The notes under the pieces: model-generated
Told to the model about the DNA's origin: nothing
Seen by the model: only the letters and a program-made list of their open reading frames with translations
Database searches by the model: none
Translations under genes and position numbers: made by a program
IMG/VR virus record: IMGVR_UViG_3300020034_000013
Location: 1 to 63,823 of that record
DNA: 63,823 nt
Origin: a virus
Taxonomy: Duplodnaviria > Caudoviricetes
Direction: 5' to 3' (one strand)
Shown here: positions 18,441 to 28,587 of the stretch, piece by piece
Position numbering within the stretch: the first letter of the stretch is position 1
Layout of the letters: every line of letters starts with the position of its first letter

Positions 18441-18868
18441 GGTTCATCGATGCGGGTGCGACTCTCGTCGCACTTGAAGGGCTCGAACTCAAGATACGAG
18501 CAGCCGCCTATACGGCTCTCGAGGGTGCGGTCAAGGATGGGGTCTCCTCCGCCAAAGAGTCCAAACTCTTCAAAGACGTCACAGGAGCCACAAGGGCGTC
18601 CGTTTCGGGTTCGGTTGATAGGTCCACCGCCCGAGGGATTGTCGTCGCAGGAGGCGCCGCCAGGTGGCTGGAATCTGGTACACGGCCGCACCGCATCGAA
18701 GCCAAGGGAAAAGCTCTCGCATTTTCGATGAATGGGGAGATGATGTTCCGAAAGGTCGTGGATCATCCGGGCACCGCTGCTCGTCCCTTCATGCAGCAGG
18801 CACGGGATCAGGCAGAACGATCCCTCGATTACTATGCAGAGATGTTCATCAATGAGGCCGTAAAATGA
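18437..18868 (+). CDS. HK97 gp10-like tail completion protein
   Basis: TGATRAS, ARWLESGTRPH, HPGTAARPFM. Confidence 0.8.
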   Translation: MRFIDAGATLVALEGLELKIRAAAYTALEGAVKDGVSSAKESKLFKDVTGATRASVSGSVDRSTARGIVVAGGAARWLESGTRPHRIEAKGKALAFSMNGEMMFRKVVDHPGTAARPFMQQARDQAERSLDYYAEMFINEAVK

Positions 18869-19593
18869 CAGATTATGCCTCAATCAAAGTAGGGGGACTT
18901 CAGACCCCGCTAAATCCCAGCACGACAAATACGCTACTCCGTGATGCGGATCCTGCGCTTTTTTACATGCTGGACTTCTTTTCTGCCATGCTTCGGACGC
19001 ACTTGGGGGCGCGCTTCGCCGCCCAAGCTGCCAAGGCTGGCATTCCTGGAATTCACTCAGTATTGGGTATGAGTCTGCCGCTCGATCCGGCACCCTGGTT
19101 GGCCACCAATCAGCTCAAATTCCCTTTGCTAGCCATCTATCGGACGCAGGACACCGATGATGAGCGCACTCGCATATGGACTCGAGCCCATTGTGATGTG
19201 ACCGTGAATTACGTTCTGCCTCCTCTTACGGCGGGCCAGGCTGAAATCCTTGCGCCCATCCTCAATGCAGTAAGCAAGGTCATCTCTCAGCGCATAGAGC
19301 AGGGAATGGATCCCACCTATACACCCCCGGGTGGCATCCAGGGCGATAGCGCCTGGCAGCTTTCGGGACTCGATCGCATCTGGCTAAAGTCTAGTAAATG
19401 GGGCGGATACGATGACGGAGAAAAGCTCTTCTTCCCGGCTTGGACGGGAATTGTGCAGCTTGAGGAACGTTCAGATTTCGTACCTGAGGATTATGAAGAT
19501 TTCAGCGGAGCCATCGTGAACATCGATCTCAAGGATCATGTAACCGATACGGTTTTGCCTGATGTTGTTGTCATTGATACTAGCGTCGGATAA
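18865..19593 (+). CDS. tail terminator (putative)
   Basis: Synteny before the sheath; FPLLAIYR. Confidence 0.6.
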   Translation: MTDYASIKVGGLQTPLNPSTTNTLLRDADPALFYMLDFFSAMLRTHLGARFAAQAAKAGIPGIHSVLGMSLPLDPAPWLATNQLKFPLLAIYRTQDTDDERTRIWTRAHCDVTVNYVLPPLTAGQAEILAPILNAVSKVISQRIEQGMDPTYTPPGGIQGDSAWQLSGLDRIWLKSSKWGGYDDGEKLFFPAWTGIVQLEERSDFVPEDYEDFSGAIVNIDLKDHVTDTVLPDVVVIDTSVG

Positions 19594-19616
19594 CCCCGGC
19601 AAATAACGGAGATTGA

Positions 19617-19946
19617 ATGAAACTTCGCGTTTTGGCGCGCGGTACGGCGATGGTGCCGGATATCGACGCGCAGGAAAACCGTGTCCGAAGGTTTATCGGA
19701 CGGACCCTCGTACGCGGGGAGTTCTACAAGGATGCTGAGGGCGTCGAGCGCCAGGCAGGAAGCTTCCACCCGGGCACGGAGCCCGTCGAAGTACCAGACC
19801 TGCATGAATATGTTCGCTCCGTGAAAGAGGGCGACCTTTGGGCCGCCGATCTCGCAACCGCCGTCCGATGTGGGGTCGTATTTGACCCGAACTTTGGCGA
19901 GCCCGCGGCCAAAAAGGCCGCCAAATCCGAAGAAGGATCTAAATAA
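19617..19946 (+). CDS. small pre-sheath protein
   Basis: EYVRSVKEGDLW resembles the small gene preceding Mu-like sheaths. Confidence 0.6.
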   Translation: MKLRVLARGTAMVPDIDAQENRVRRFIGRTLVRGEFYKDAEGVERQAGSFHPGTEPVEVPDLHEYVRSVKEGDLWAADLATAVRCGVVFDPNFGEPAAKKAAKSEEGSK

Positions 19947-21472
19947 TGGCATCGGCAGATATCGTACTCACTGGCTTGGCGGCTAACGATCCTGTCCCCG
20001 GAGTCTACGTCGAAGAAAACTTCGCACAGGGACCCGCGGCAGGGGATTCTTCGCCCCGTGAGGTTCTCCTCATGGGCAACAAGACGTCCTCCGGCTCCGC
20101 GGTCGCGGATACTCAGGTCTACGGACCTGACACGCAGGTGCCTCTCCAGACGGAACAGGACTGCATCAATCTTTTCGGCGCGGGCTCCGAGCTTCATCGG
20201 ATGTTCCGTCGCTTTACGACGATCAATCGCACCACGACCCTCCGAGCTATCGCGGTCACGGCTTCGGCCGGCGCAGCGGCTACGGGCGTCATCACGATTG
20301 CAACCGCAGCTACCGGCAGCGGCAATCTCCGCATCTGGATCGGCGATACGGTCATTGATACGGCGGTACTGCAAGGTGACTCCGTCACGTCGGTTGCGGC
20401 CTCAGCAGTTCTCAACATCAATGCGCAGACCTTTCTTCCGGTCACGGCAGGCGCGGTGGCGGGTGTTCTCACGCTAACCGCAAAGAACGCAGGACCTCGC
20501 GGCAATCTCATCCGCTTCCAGACCGCCATTACATCGGGCATCGGGATGACGGCTACGGGGTCTGCGGATGCGTACATGTCTGGCGGTGCAACGGCGGACT
20601 CCAATGCCACGGCCCTCGGCACTATCCTCAGCACCAAGTACTACCGCATCGTCCCCGCGGCGGTGGATTCTACGCAGCTTCTTGCTCTTTGCACGCAGGT
20701 CGGCATCCAGGCGCAACCGGTTTCGGGTATGGTCCAACGGGTCATCGCCGGGTCGGTCGATACGCTTGCCAATGCGATCACCCTCGCTACGGGCCTCAAT
20801 AATGCACGAGCAGAAATCTCGTGGTCGAAATTCTCGCCCTGGACCCCCGCGGAGCTCGCGGCCAACATGGCGGCCATTGTGAGCCTGTATGAAGACGTGG
20901 CCGGACCTAATCCGCGCTGCAACTTCGCCGGTTTCGGCAATGACGCGACCACGCAACCCTTTTGGGTCGTGCCTGCAAGTCGAGACACCTCGGCCAGTCC
21001 TACCCGAACAGACGTAAAATCGGCGCTCAATAATGGTCTGTCTCCTATCGGCGTCAACCCGAACCGAAGCACATACCTAGTCAACCGGATCACGACCCGC
21101 TCGCTCTCGGGGGTGGTGCAAGATTACCGTATCCGCGACAGCCACAAGGTCACCATCGTCGACTTCTTCAGTGACGACCTCAAAGCTAAGACGCAACTTC
21201 AGCACAGTGGCAAGAAGATCGCCAACGACCCCCCGAAGGGCGCACACCCGCCGGGACCTACGGTTGTCACACCGACGATCTACAGGGGCACCATTTTCGG
21301 GCTCATCGACCAGTACGATGCGAACGACCTGCTGCAGGACGTGGTCACTATCAAGGCCAATACCATCGTTAAACGTGGCAACGCCAACACAACCCAAATG
21401 CAAGCACGCATCCCACTCGACACGATCGATTGCTGCTTCCAATTCGCAATTGCAGTGGACCAGGTAGGATAA
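19946..21472 (+). CDS. tail sheath protein (Mu gpL-like)
   Basis: VPGVYVE, FGAGSELHRM, LTAKNAGPRGN, ALNNGLSP, RITT. Confidence 0.93.
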   Translation: MASADIVLTGLAANDPVPGVYVEENFAQGPAAGDSSPREVLLMGNKTSSGSAVADTQVYGPDTQVPLQTEQDCINLFGAGSELHRMFRRFTTINRTTTLRAIAVTASAGAAATGVITIATAATGSGNLRIWIGDTVIDTAVLQGDSVTSVAASAVLNINAQTFLPVTAGAVAGVLTLTAKNAGPRGNLIRFQTAITSGIGMTATGSADAYMSGGATADSNATALGTILSTKYYRIVPAAVDSTQLLALCTQVGIQAQPVSGMVQRVIAGSVDTLANAITLATGLNNARAEISWSKFSPWTPAELAANMAAIVSLYEDVAGPNPRCNFAGFGNDATTQPFWVVPASRDTSASPTRTDVKSALNNGLSPIGVNPNRSTYLVNRITTRSLSGVVQDYRIRDSHKVTIVDFFSDDLKAKTQLQHSGKKIANDPPKGAHPPGPTVVTPTIYRGTIFGLIDQYDANDLLQDVVTIKANTIVKRGNANTTQMQARIPLDTIDCCFQFAIAVDQVG

Positions 21473-21476
21473 AGCA

Positions 21477-21851
21477 ATGGCATCTAGTCAACTGTATACA
21501 CGGGCTCTGGTTACTATCAACGGTAAGCTCCTTACCGAGGAAACCAGTGTCACGGTCAAACGAGACACCAAAGCGCAGGAGGTCGACACTGTGGCCAAAG
21601 GCTTCGCAGGGTTCTCGCCCGGCGCCTTCGTGACCACGATCGATGTCGAGAGCGCGGTCCCCTCCGCGGATTTTGAGCTAAATCCGGGTCCCTTCATGTT
21701 GTCCTTGCAAGTCGTGGAGATTGGGATTATAACAGACGGTGCGCAGCTTATTTGCACTGGTTTTATCATCAACGACAATTTCCAGCACGCAGTGAACTCC
21801 GAGAGCAAGCTCTCGTTCTCGTTTGTTGGCGTGCCCGCGGACTGGCAATAA
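21477..21851 (+). CDS. tail tube protein
   Basis: 124 aa after the sheath; GFAGFSPG. Confidence 0.8.
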   Translation: MASSQLYTRALVTINGKLLTEETSVTVKRDTKAQEVDTVAKGFAGFSPGAFVTTIDVESAVPSADFELNPGPFMLSLQVVEIGIITDGAQLICTGFIINDNFQHAVNSESKLSFSFVGVPADWQ

Positions 21852-22439
21852 ATGAGTGACCACACGAGTGAAGCCCCCGACGTAGTTTTCTTGCTCCTGC
21901 AGCAACTACCTAGGCCGATCACTCGTGTGGATTTCCCACGTAAGGACCCGGTTACGGGCGAGCCTATTGGGAAGATCGCGATGCAGGTGCTTTCGCAGCA
22001 GGAACAAATCCTCGCGGCGATCTCGGCAGAAACCTTCACCCGCAACAGGCTCAAGATCAAGCCCGGAGATTCCGTGGCGGGCTCTATCGGCTACGAGGAC
22101 ATCTATCGTAATGCGGTCAGCGCGGAGGTTATCCAACGCGCCTGCATCTCAGCCAACGCCTACGACAACGGGGATATCCGACAGTTTTTTCTGACCAGTA
22201 AGACGGTCTACGATATGCTAACTACCGCAGAGATCGGTAAGTTGCTTAGCTTATACTTAGCCTTCCAGGCGGATTGTGTTTCGCGCATCGATAAGATTGA
22301 TGCTGCGGAGTTGGACTTTTGGGTGGACGCTCTTCAACAGGAGGGCGTTACCGCTCTAGAGACCCTGAGCCCAGAGGCAAAGAATGAACTGCTAGTCATG
22401 ATGGCTGGTAGGGTTTTAGAGCTAACACCGATCGGGTAG
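21852..22439 (+). CDS. tail assembly chaperone (paralog 1)
   Basis: Between tube and tape measure; PRP...VDFPR..P.TGE. Confidence 0.65.
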   Translation: MSDHTSEAPDVVFLLLQQLPRPITRVDFPRKDPVTGEPIGKIAMQVLSQQEQILAAISAETFTRNRLKIKPGDSVAGSIGYEDIYRNAVSAEVIQRACISANAYDNGDIRQFFLTSKTVYDMLTTAEIGKLLSLYLAFQADCVSRIDKIDAAELDFWVDALQQEGVTALETLSPEAKNELLVMMAGRVLELTPIG

Positions 22440-22445
22440 GTCCGC

Positions 22446-23051
22446 ATGGCACTCACCAATAGCGAGTTGTTCGTGGAGATCATGAAATCTCCTCGGCCGC
22501 ATCGAATAGTAGATTTCCCTCGAAACAATCCGTCAACAGGAGAGTCACTAGGCAAACTCGCTCTCTGGATCTTGACACCCTCCGAGCACGTGCAAGCAGC
22601 CGGCTCTGCGGAGGAATATTGCCGCTCCTTGCTAGGAGTAGCAAAACTAGATGAACGCAGCGCGGGGCGTGATTCTATCTATGAGACGGCGGTAACGTCG
22701 GAGATTTTGTTTCGCGCATGTCGCCGGGCAGAAGATCTGAAGTTACCGCTTTTTCCGTCTTCTGCAGATGTGCGTGCGTATCTTACAGGCGATGAAGTCG
22801 CGGTGCTCGTTAGCGCATATGCGGAGATGCAGTCCGAACTCGGCCCGATCAAGAGTCAAATGGGAGAGCTGGAAATGGATGCATGGGTCGCGAGACTCAC
22901 CGCGGGGGCGGACGCAGTGGCCCCTTTTTACTTGCTATCATCGGAAATGAAGAACGACCTCATCAGGCATTTGGCTGCTCAATTGCGGAACTCACGACGG
23001 TTCAATACTGGCTCTGGCATTCCTGTCGAATCGAGCATCTCCGACGCGTGA
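22446..23051 (+). CDS. tail assembly chaperone (paralog 2)
   Basis: Collinear similarity to 21852-22439. Confidence 0.65.
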   Translation: MALTNSELFVEIMKSPRPHRIVDFPRNNPSTGESLGKLALWILTPSEHVQAAGSAEEYCRSLLGVAKLDERSAGRDSIYETAVTSEILFRACRRAEDLKLPLFPSSADVRAYLTGDEVAVLVSAYAEMQSELGPIKSQMGELEMDAWVARLTAGADAVAPFYLLSSEMKNDLIRHLAAQLRNSRRFNTGSGIPVESSISDA

Positions 23052-23077
23052 ACGAACCCTCCAAGTAAGACGACCCC

Positions 23078-25333
23078 ATGGCAATAGCACCCGTCATAAT
23101 CAACCTCCAAGTGGGCGGTATTGCCGATGTGGGCAAAGCTCTAAAGTCCGTCGAGCAGGCACTCACCAACCTCGAGAAGCGTCGCACACAGCTCGCACAG
23201 AATACGTCCAAGGTCGTCGATAAAGCCACCCGTGATGAAGTCAATTCTGTCGAGAAGGGGGCACGGGCTAAGATCGCTGCGGAGCAGAAGTACGAGCGCA
23301 CTGCCGGTCTGGCCATGGGCAAACTTGCTCAAGAGACTGAAAAGTACGAACGTGCGAAAACTCGCACAGTAGAGCAAGAGACTCGGAGGCGACAGAATGC
23401 CGTTGCCAAGCAGACAGCCGATGAGCTCCGGCTCCGAAAGGACGCGCACGATAAAATGTCCCGCATGTCGGGGCGCGCCGGCAATCTCGTAGCAGGAGGG
23501 GTCACGCGAGGCCTTTCGGCCGCTTCGGGCTTTGCTACGGCCACTCTCGGCGTCATGGGGGGCTTCGGTATCGCGGATGCTGTACGATCTCGTGCAATGG
23601 AAAGTGGACAGGCTGCAGGCATTGCTCTCAGCGGAAGCAAAACAGGAGGCAAGAAATTCACATCCGGTCAGGTGCTGAAGTCGGCTACTGCTGTTGGAGT
23701 GGAATCTGGTCTAGGTGTCCAAGATGCCCTGGAAGGGCTTGAGGTTTTCACCGCAAAAACAGGAGAACTCCAAGTAGGCATGGATATTCTGAAGGATATC
23801 GCTATGTATGCAGATGCATCGGGCACATCTCTTCACGATATGTCCAGTGCTTCTGCAGAACTTTTTTCTTCGGGCACCGTCTCGAACGGGGAGGAACTCA
23901 AAGCCATCCTAGGATCTCTCATTGAAATGGGTAAAGACGGCGCAGTCGAGATCAAAGACCTCGCCGCTGGATTCGGACGTATCACGGCCTCCGCCGGCCA
24001 GTTTATCGGGGATAAAAGCAAGAACGTCAAAACATTGACCGCCTTCGCCGAGATGTCGAAGAAGTATGCGGCTGCGAGTCCTCGCGAAGCCCTGACGTCG
24101 GTGCAGAACCTCGCAAGTGATATCGCCAAACACCGAGAGTCTTTTGCGGCTTTGGGAGATGCACATGCAGGTCGAGGACGCCGCCACAAAGGACCGGCAG
24201 GTGTAGAGATTCTGGATGCGGGAGGGAAGTTCCTAAGAGACCCGTTGGAGATCTTGCATGACGCGATGATCAAGACGGGCGGGCTCAGCGTCCCTCAGCA
24301 GCACAAACTCTTCGGTGAACGTTCCTTTCGTGCCATTGCTGGCGCGAGTGAGATTTTCAACAAGTCAAAGGCAGGGGGGTCTACCGACGAGGAGGCCTGG
24401 GCCAAGGTGATGAAAGAGTTCACCGAGCTTACCTCCGCGATGATGACTCCGGAGCAGGCGCAGAAGGCCGCACTGGAACGCCGGGCAGAAGCCGATCGCA
24501 AGATGGCTCAAACCATGGAAGATCTCCGAGCAAAAGTTGGAGACCAGCTCCTGCCGGCGGTGATCCGAATTTCCGGGGAGATGACTAAGCTCACGCCCAG
24601 CATTGTGGATTTTGCTTCCGGGCTAGGCAAGTTGGCTCAGATCTTCACGGAACATCCGTGGGCGGGACTCGGAGCTGTCGTCGGTGCATTCATCGTCAAA
24701 GAGCTTGCGATCGCAGGCATCGGTGCGGCTGTCCGGAGTGCGATTACGGCGGCCGGGACCAACCTGGCCACAGGCGCGGGCGGAGGCAAAGTTGGAGGTC
24801 CCGGAGGTGCTGCTGTTACCACGGCTGCGCTGTTAGCAGCCGGTGCCGGTATTTCCGGGGGTGCAAGTGTCGGTATGCAGACATCTGACGTAGTCAATGC
24901 AACCAACGCTGCTTCCAGCAATACAATGGAAACCGTGGCCAATTTGGCCACCAAGATCCGATCTGGCAAAGCCACCCCTGCAGAGAAACAGGCAGCACTA
25001 GATTTGGTGAACTCTACTAAGGCTAAACTCGGGGCCGCCAGTAAAGTAGAAACAGGGACTATGGCGTCCCTGAATGCAGGGACATCTGCTGCGTGGGAGG
25101 GTGCCGCAAATGCTGTTATTACCCCCTTTGGGATTCCTGAGTTGAAGGGCGCCCACAAGAAAGCGGCGGATATTACGGAAGCCACGGTGCTTAAACAGCA
25201 ATCTTCGGGGCTTGAAAGCGCTATCAAGAATCTAACGCAGGCGCTGACCTCGAACACCAACGCTAAAGGTGAACAACGTACGGGCGAAGGGGCGTCGGGA
25301 GCATCTCTCGCTAAACGAGGTGGAACACAATGA
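23078..25333 (+). CDS. tape measure protein
   Basis: 751 aa, Ala/Gly-rich and helical; GKDGAVEIKDLA motif; hydrophobic segments. Confidence 0.88.
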   Translation: MAIAPVIINLQVGGIADVGKALKSVEQALTNLEKRRTQLAQNTSKVVDKATRDEVNSVEKGARAKIAAEQKYERTAGLAMGKLAQETEKYERAKTRTVEQETRRRQNAVAKQTADELRLRKDAHDKMSRMSGRAGNLVAGGVTRGLSAASGFATATLGVMGGFGIADAVRSRAMESGQAAGIALSGSKTGGKKFTSGQVLKSATAVGVESGLGVQDALEGLEVFTAKTGELQVGMDILKDIAMYADASGTSLHDMSSASAELFSSGTVSNGEELKAILGSLIEMGKDGAVEIKDLAAGFGRITASAGQFIGDKSKNVKTLTAFAEMSKKYAAASPREALTSVQNLASDIAKHRESFAALGDAHAGRGRRHKGPAGVEILDAGGKFLRDPLEILHDAMIKTGGLSVPQQHKLFGERSFRAIAGASEIFNKSKAGGSTDEEAWAKVMKEFTELTSAMMTPEQAQKAALERRAEADRKMAQTMEDLRAKVGDQLLPAVIRISGEMTKLTPSIVDFASGLGKLAQIFTEHPWAGLGAVVGAFIVKELAIAGIGAAVRSAITAAGTNLATGAGGGKVGGPGGAAVTTAALLAAGAGISGGASVGMQTSDVVNATNAASSNTMETVANLATKIRSGKATPAEKQAALDLVNSTKAKLGAASKVETGTMASLNAGTSAAWEGAANAVITPFGIPELKGAHKKAADITEATVLKQQSSGLESAIKNLTQALTSNTNAKGEQRTGEGASGASLAKRGGTQ

Positions 25334-26337
25334 CCGACATCCTAGAACAGCTGCTACCGTGTTCGTGGACGGGAGTCAACCGTCCACGCATCGAATTTCC
25401 GGTCACCACGATCACGCTCTCCATGGATCAAGACCTCGCAGAGCACAAGTTCTGGGGCGTCGATGGGGTGCAAGTAGAGGCCACGGGAAGAAACTCTCTT
25501 GTCTTCGAGGCTACCATCCCCTTCCGTAATGGCATCGTGCCGGGCAAGTCTGAGAACTGGGGTATCTTGTACCCCACCGCCTTCCGGCAGTTCCTCACGG
25601 CGTGTGCGGACCGAGCAACGGGCATCTTGGTGCACCCCGAGCTCGGGGAGTTCACATGCAAAGTGAAGTCGCTCCGTACATCTCTCACGGGGGAACGGCG
25701 AGATGGCGTGGATGTCACGGTGACGTGGGTCGAGACTCTCTTCCCGGAGGACATCTCGAACATCGAGGACTCTTCAAACAGCCCCGTGGCCAATGCGGAG
25801 ATTTCGGCCCTCTCTCTCGACAGTAATCTCGACCAACTCACCACTGTCGACGCCAAATATAAGCTCCCCGTATACGCGCCCACTTTCGCCGACAGTGTGA
25901 ACCAACTCACATCGATCACCGACCGGATTTCCCTGCAAGAGCAACGATATGTAGGTGTCATCGACAAGGTGAGCTATCGGTTGAACCAGATCGAAGACTC
26001 GGTTACTCGAGTCGTGACGCCACCGCGGACCTCAGTGAAGTCGATCATCAACCCGAATCCGCAAGCTACAAACAAGGCGATTGCCACGCTCGCATGGCCT
26101 ATCCGGGCCTCTATCGGGCAGCTGCGGAACACGCTCAACGATGTCGTCAAGAAGATCTTGCAGACGGGCCAGAAGATCATCTTCTATCGGGTCCCTTCGC
26201 CGGTGACGTTGGCGGGGGTTTCTGTTTCGACGGGGGCGGGTATCGTAGATCTTATGAACCTCAATCCTTCGCTGGTAGGCCAACCCTTTTTGCAGACCGG
26301 CACGATGGTGCGCTACTATTCCGGAGCTATTCGCTGA
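25330..26337 (+). CDS. Mu gpN-like (DNA circularisation/tail initiator) protein with C-terminal LysM-like segment
   Basis: IEFPV, EHKF, TGR, GILVHPELG; C-terminal LMNLNPSL. Confidence 0.8.
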   Translation: MTDILEQLLPCSWTGVNRPRIEFPVTTITLSMDQDLAEHKFWGVDGVQVEATGRNSLVFEATIPFRNGIVPGKSENWGILYPTAFRQFLTACADRATGILVHPELGEFTCKVKSLRTSLTGERRDGVDVTVTWVETLFPEDISNIEDSSNSPVANAEISALSLDSNLDQLTTVDAKYKLPVYAPTFADSVNQLTSITDRISLQEQRYVGVIDKVSYRLNQIEDSVTRVVTPPRTSVKSIINPNPQATNKAIATLAWPIRASIGQLRNTLNDVVKKILQTGQKIIFYRVPSPVTLAGVSVSTGAGIVDLMNLNPSLVGQPFLQTGTMVRYYSGAIR

Positions 26338-27578
26338 TGGCCGTCCTTCCTCGCTACAATCCAGAAAATGACGTCGTGGTTATGGAGCTCGTACAAAGCG
26401 GGGTCCAACTCAATGCGTGGAAGGAATATTCGGTCACATCCAGCTATATGGAACCCACGGATTCGTTTAGTTTTACGATCGCCGCGGAACATATGACCAA
26501 GCCGCAGAAAGATGCACTGCTCCCTGGGGCGGAGATCAAGTTGATGGTCAACGACCATCTCCAGGTGAGTGGTTATATCGATCAGATCGCCTACTCCGCC
26601 ACCCGTTCCGACGGTGCCGAGCTCAAGATTTCTGGCAGGGATAAGATGTCCTTGATCGTGGACTCTTGTATCGATCCGACCACGAACTTCAAAGAGGCGA
26701 TGAACCTGGAGCAATTTCTGGCCGCGGCGCTCGCTCCTTGGGGCTACACGAAAGATTCTTTCACGATCGACGATGAGACCAACCTAGGTATCGTGACGGG
26801 CAATGTACGAGGCGTGAAAATGTCTCACAGCAAGAAGCGATTGGGAGCGCCCATCAACAGCTACAAGCTGCATCAAATTCGTCCCTATTCGGGAGAAGGT
26901 GCCTTCGAATTCTGTTCTCGCATCTCCCAGCGTCTCGGGCTCTGGATGCGACCGCAGGCAGACGGCAAGCAGATCACAGTATCCAAGCCTACCTATGATG
27001 GCACGGCGATCTATACAATACGTCGCAGCTATGATGGCCATAACGATATTCTCGACGGCGAGGTTGTACTCAACCTCGAGAGCCAGCCAAGCATCATCGT
27101 AGCGGATGCTTTCTCGACGAACGGAGTCTTCGGCGCCGGCAGGTGCTGGGCATATATGGAGAATCCGATCATCGAAGTCCCCATGGGAGCTCACAGTGCC
27201 ATCACGAACAAATTCAGAAGTTCAAGCTCCAATAGAGTGGCCTTTCCGGAGCTCGCAACGAACCAACTTTATACTGTGCCACAAGCCCGTCCCCTTTATC
27301 TTCACGACGATGAAGCCAAAGATCAGACGATGCTCAATAACTATGTGAAACGGGAGATGGCGCATCGTCTCAAAAAGTCTCTTACCTTCAACCCCACGGT
27401 GCAAGGCCATGAAGCAAATGGCTCAGTGTGGTCGGTGAATACGATCGTCTCTGTGGATTGCGAGGTTTCGGGGCTCAAAGAGAATCTTTGGGTAATGGCG
27501 AGGACCTTTACAAAGTCTCGATCTCGTGGTACGCTCACCAAGCTGGAACTGATCCGCCAACATTCGTTCGAAGTCTGA
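26337..27578 (+). CDS. baseplate hub (Mu gpP-like)
   Basis: W..YSV, DSFSFT, SGYID, ISGRDK..LIVDS, W.VN..V.V; start at ATG 26337 (TGATG). Confidence 0.85.
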   Translation: MAVLPRYNPENDVVVMELVQSGVQLNAWKEYSVTSSYMEPTDSFSFTIAAEHMTKPQKDALLPGAEIKLMVNDHLQVSGYIDQIAYSATRSDGAELKISGRDKMSLIVDSCIDPTTNFKEAMNLEQFLAAALAPWGYTKDSFTIDDETNLGIVTGNVRGVKMSHSKKRLGAPINSYKLHQIRPYSGEGAFEFCSRISQRLGLWMRPQADGKQITVSKPTYDGTAIYTIRRSYDGHNDILDGEVVLNLESQPSIIVADAFSTNGVFGAGRCWAYMENPIIEVPMGAHSAITNKFRSSSSNRVAFPELATNQLYTVPQARPLYLHDDEAKDQTMLNNYVKREMAHRLKKSLTFNPTVQGHEANGSVWSVNTIVSVDCEVSGLKENLWVMARTFTKSRSRGTLTKLELIRQHSFEV

Positions 27579-27584
27579 GGTCTA

Positions 27585-28259
27585 ATGTCTTCCCCCCTGC
27601 GCTCCGGAGAATTTCAAAACGGTATCGATATTCTCGGCACCGAGGTCGACCCTGAGACCGGCACAGTGCTCTCTCAAACGGGGGATGCGCCCAATAAACA
27701 GACCGATTCCGACGGCGTCAAGATGCTATTCCCCCCGGGATTCATCGCTCGGCCCCCTGCGCCTACTCCAGATGGTAAAGCGTGTCAGGCACTTGTCCGG
27801 CGATGCGGTGATCGGGATGTAGCCATCGGATACTTCGACGTGCGAGCGCAAAAGCTCGCAGGCAACCTGGCTCCCGGAGAAACCTGTCTCTATGCCGGCG
27901 GTACGGACGGTAAAGGTCAAGCTCGCCTGCTACTCAAAGCAAACGGCGCGGCCGCTCTTTATACGGCGGAGGGCAACACCCAGGGTGGCAACTCAATCGC
28001 CATCCAGGTAAACACTGATGGCTCGATCTCGCTCTCATGCGGTGGCGGGGCTATCACGATTGGCAATGACGGCATCAAGATCGTCGAAAAGGGCGGAGCA
28101 GGTATCATGCTCTCCGGAGGTAATATTACACTGATCGGTACGGGCATCGCTCTCAACGGAGGCTCGGTAAGTCTCGGTGCAAACGCCACGATGCCAGTCC
28201 TCTGGGGACCTACGGGTATCGCGGGCGCAGCATCGCTCTCTGTAAAGGTGGCGATTTGA
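27585..28259 (+). CDS. baseplate spike (Mu gp45-like)
   Basis: PPGFIARPP, LAPGETCLY, C-terminal beta-helix repeats. Confidence 0.8.
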   Translation: MSSPLRSGEFQNGIDILGTEVDPETGTVLSQTGDAPNKQTDSDGVKMLFPPGFIARPPAPTPDGKACQALVRRCGDRDVAIGYFDVRAQKLAGNLAPGETCLYAGGTDGKGQARLLLKANGAAALYTAEGNTQGGNSIAIQVNTDGSISLSCGGGAITIGNDGIKIVEKGGAGIMLSGGNITLIGTGIALNGGSVSLGANATMPVLWGPTGIAGAASLSVKVAI

Positions 28260-28586
28260 GTGGCCACTTCCTGTTCTTTCGTGAGTTTCACAATCCCTCC
28301 GATCACTCTTCCCGTACCATCGCTCCCAGCACTCCCGACCATCAGCGTCACCATTCCGAGCATTGATGCATCCTTTCCCGCTCCCCCTTCATTCTCGATT
28401 CCACCCATCGCTTTTCCTATCCCCGGACTTCCGGCCCTCCCCACTATTAGCGTCACAATCCCGACGCTTGATGCCAGTTTCCCATCGCCACCTTCATTCT
28501 CGATTCCACCCATCACATTCCCTATCCCTAGCCTTCCTGCGTTACCAACAATCAACGTCCCAATCCCCTTCTGCCCGATAGATTGA
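28260..28586 (+). CDS. Pro-rich repeat protein (35 aa unit, ~2.7 copies)
   Basis: IPPI.(L/F)P.P.LPALPTI.V.IP repeats; ends CPID. Confidence 0.65.
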   Translation: MATSCSFVSFTIPPITLPVPSLPALPTISVTIPSIDASFPAPPSFSIPPIAFPIPGLPALPTISVTIPTLDASFPSPPSFSIPPITFPIPSLPALPTINVPIPFCPID

Positions 28587-28587
28587 T

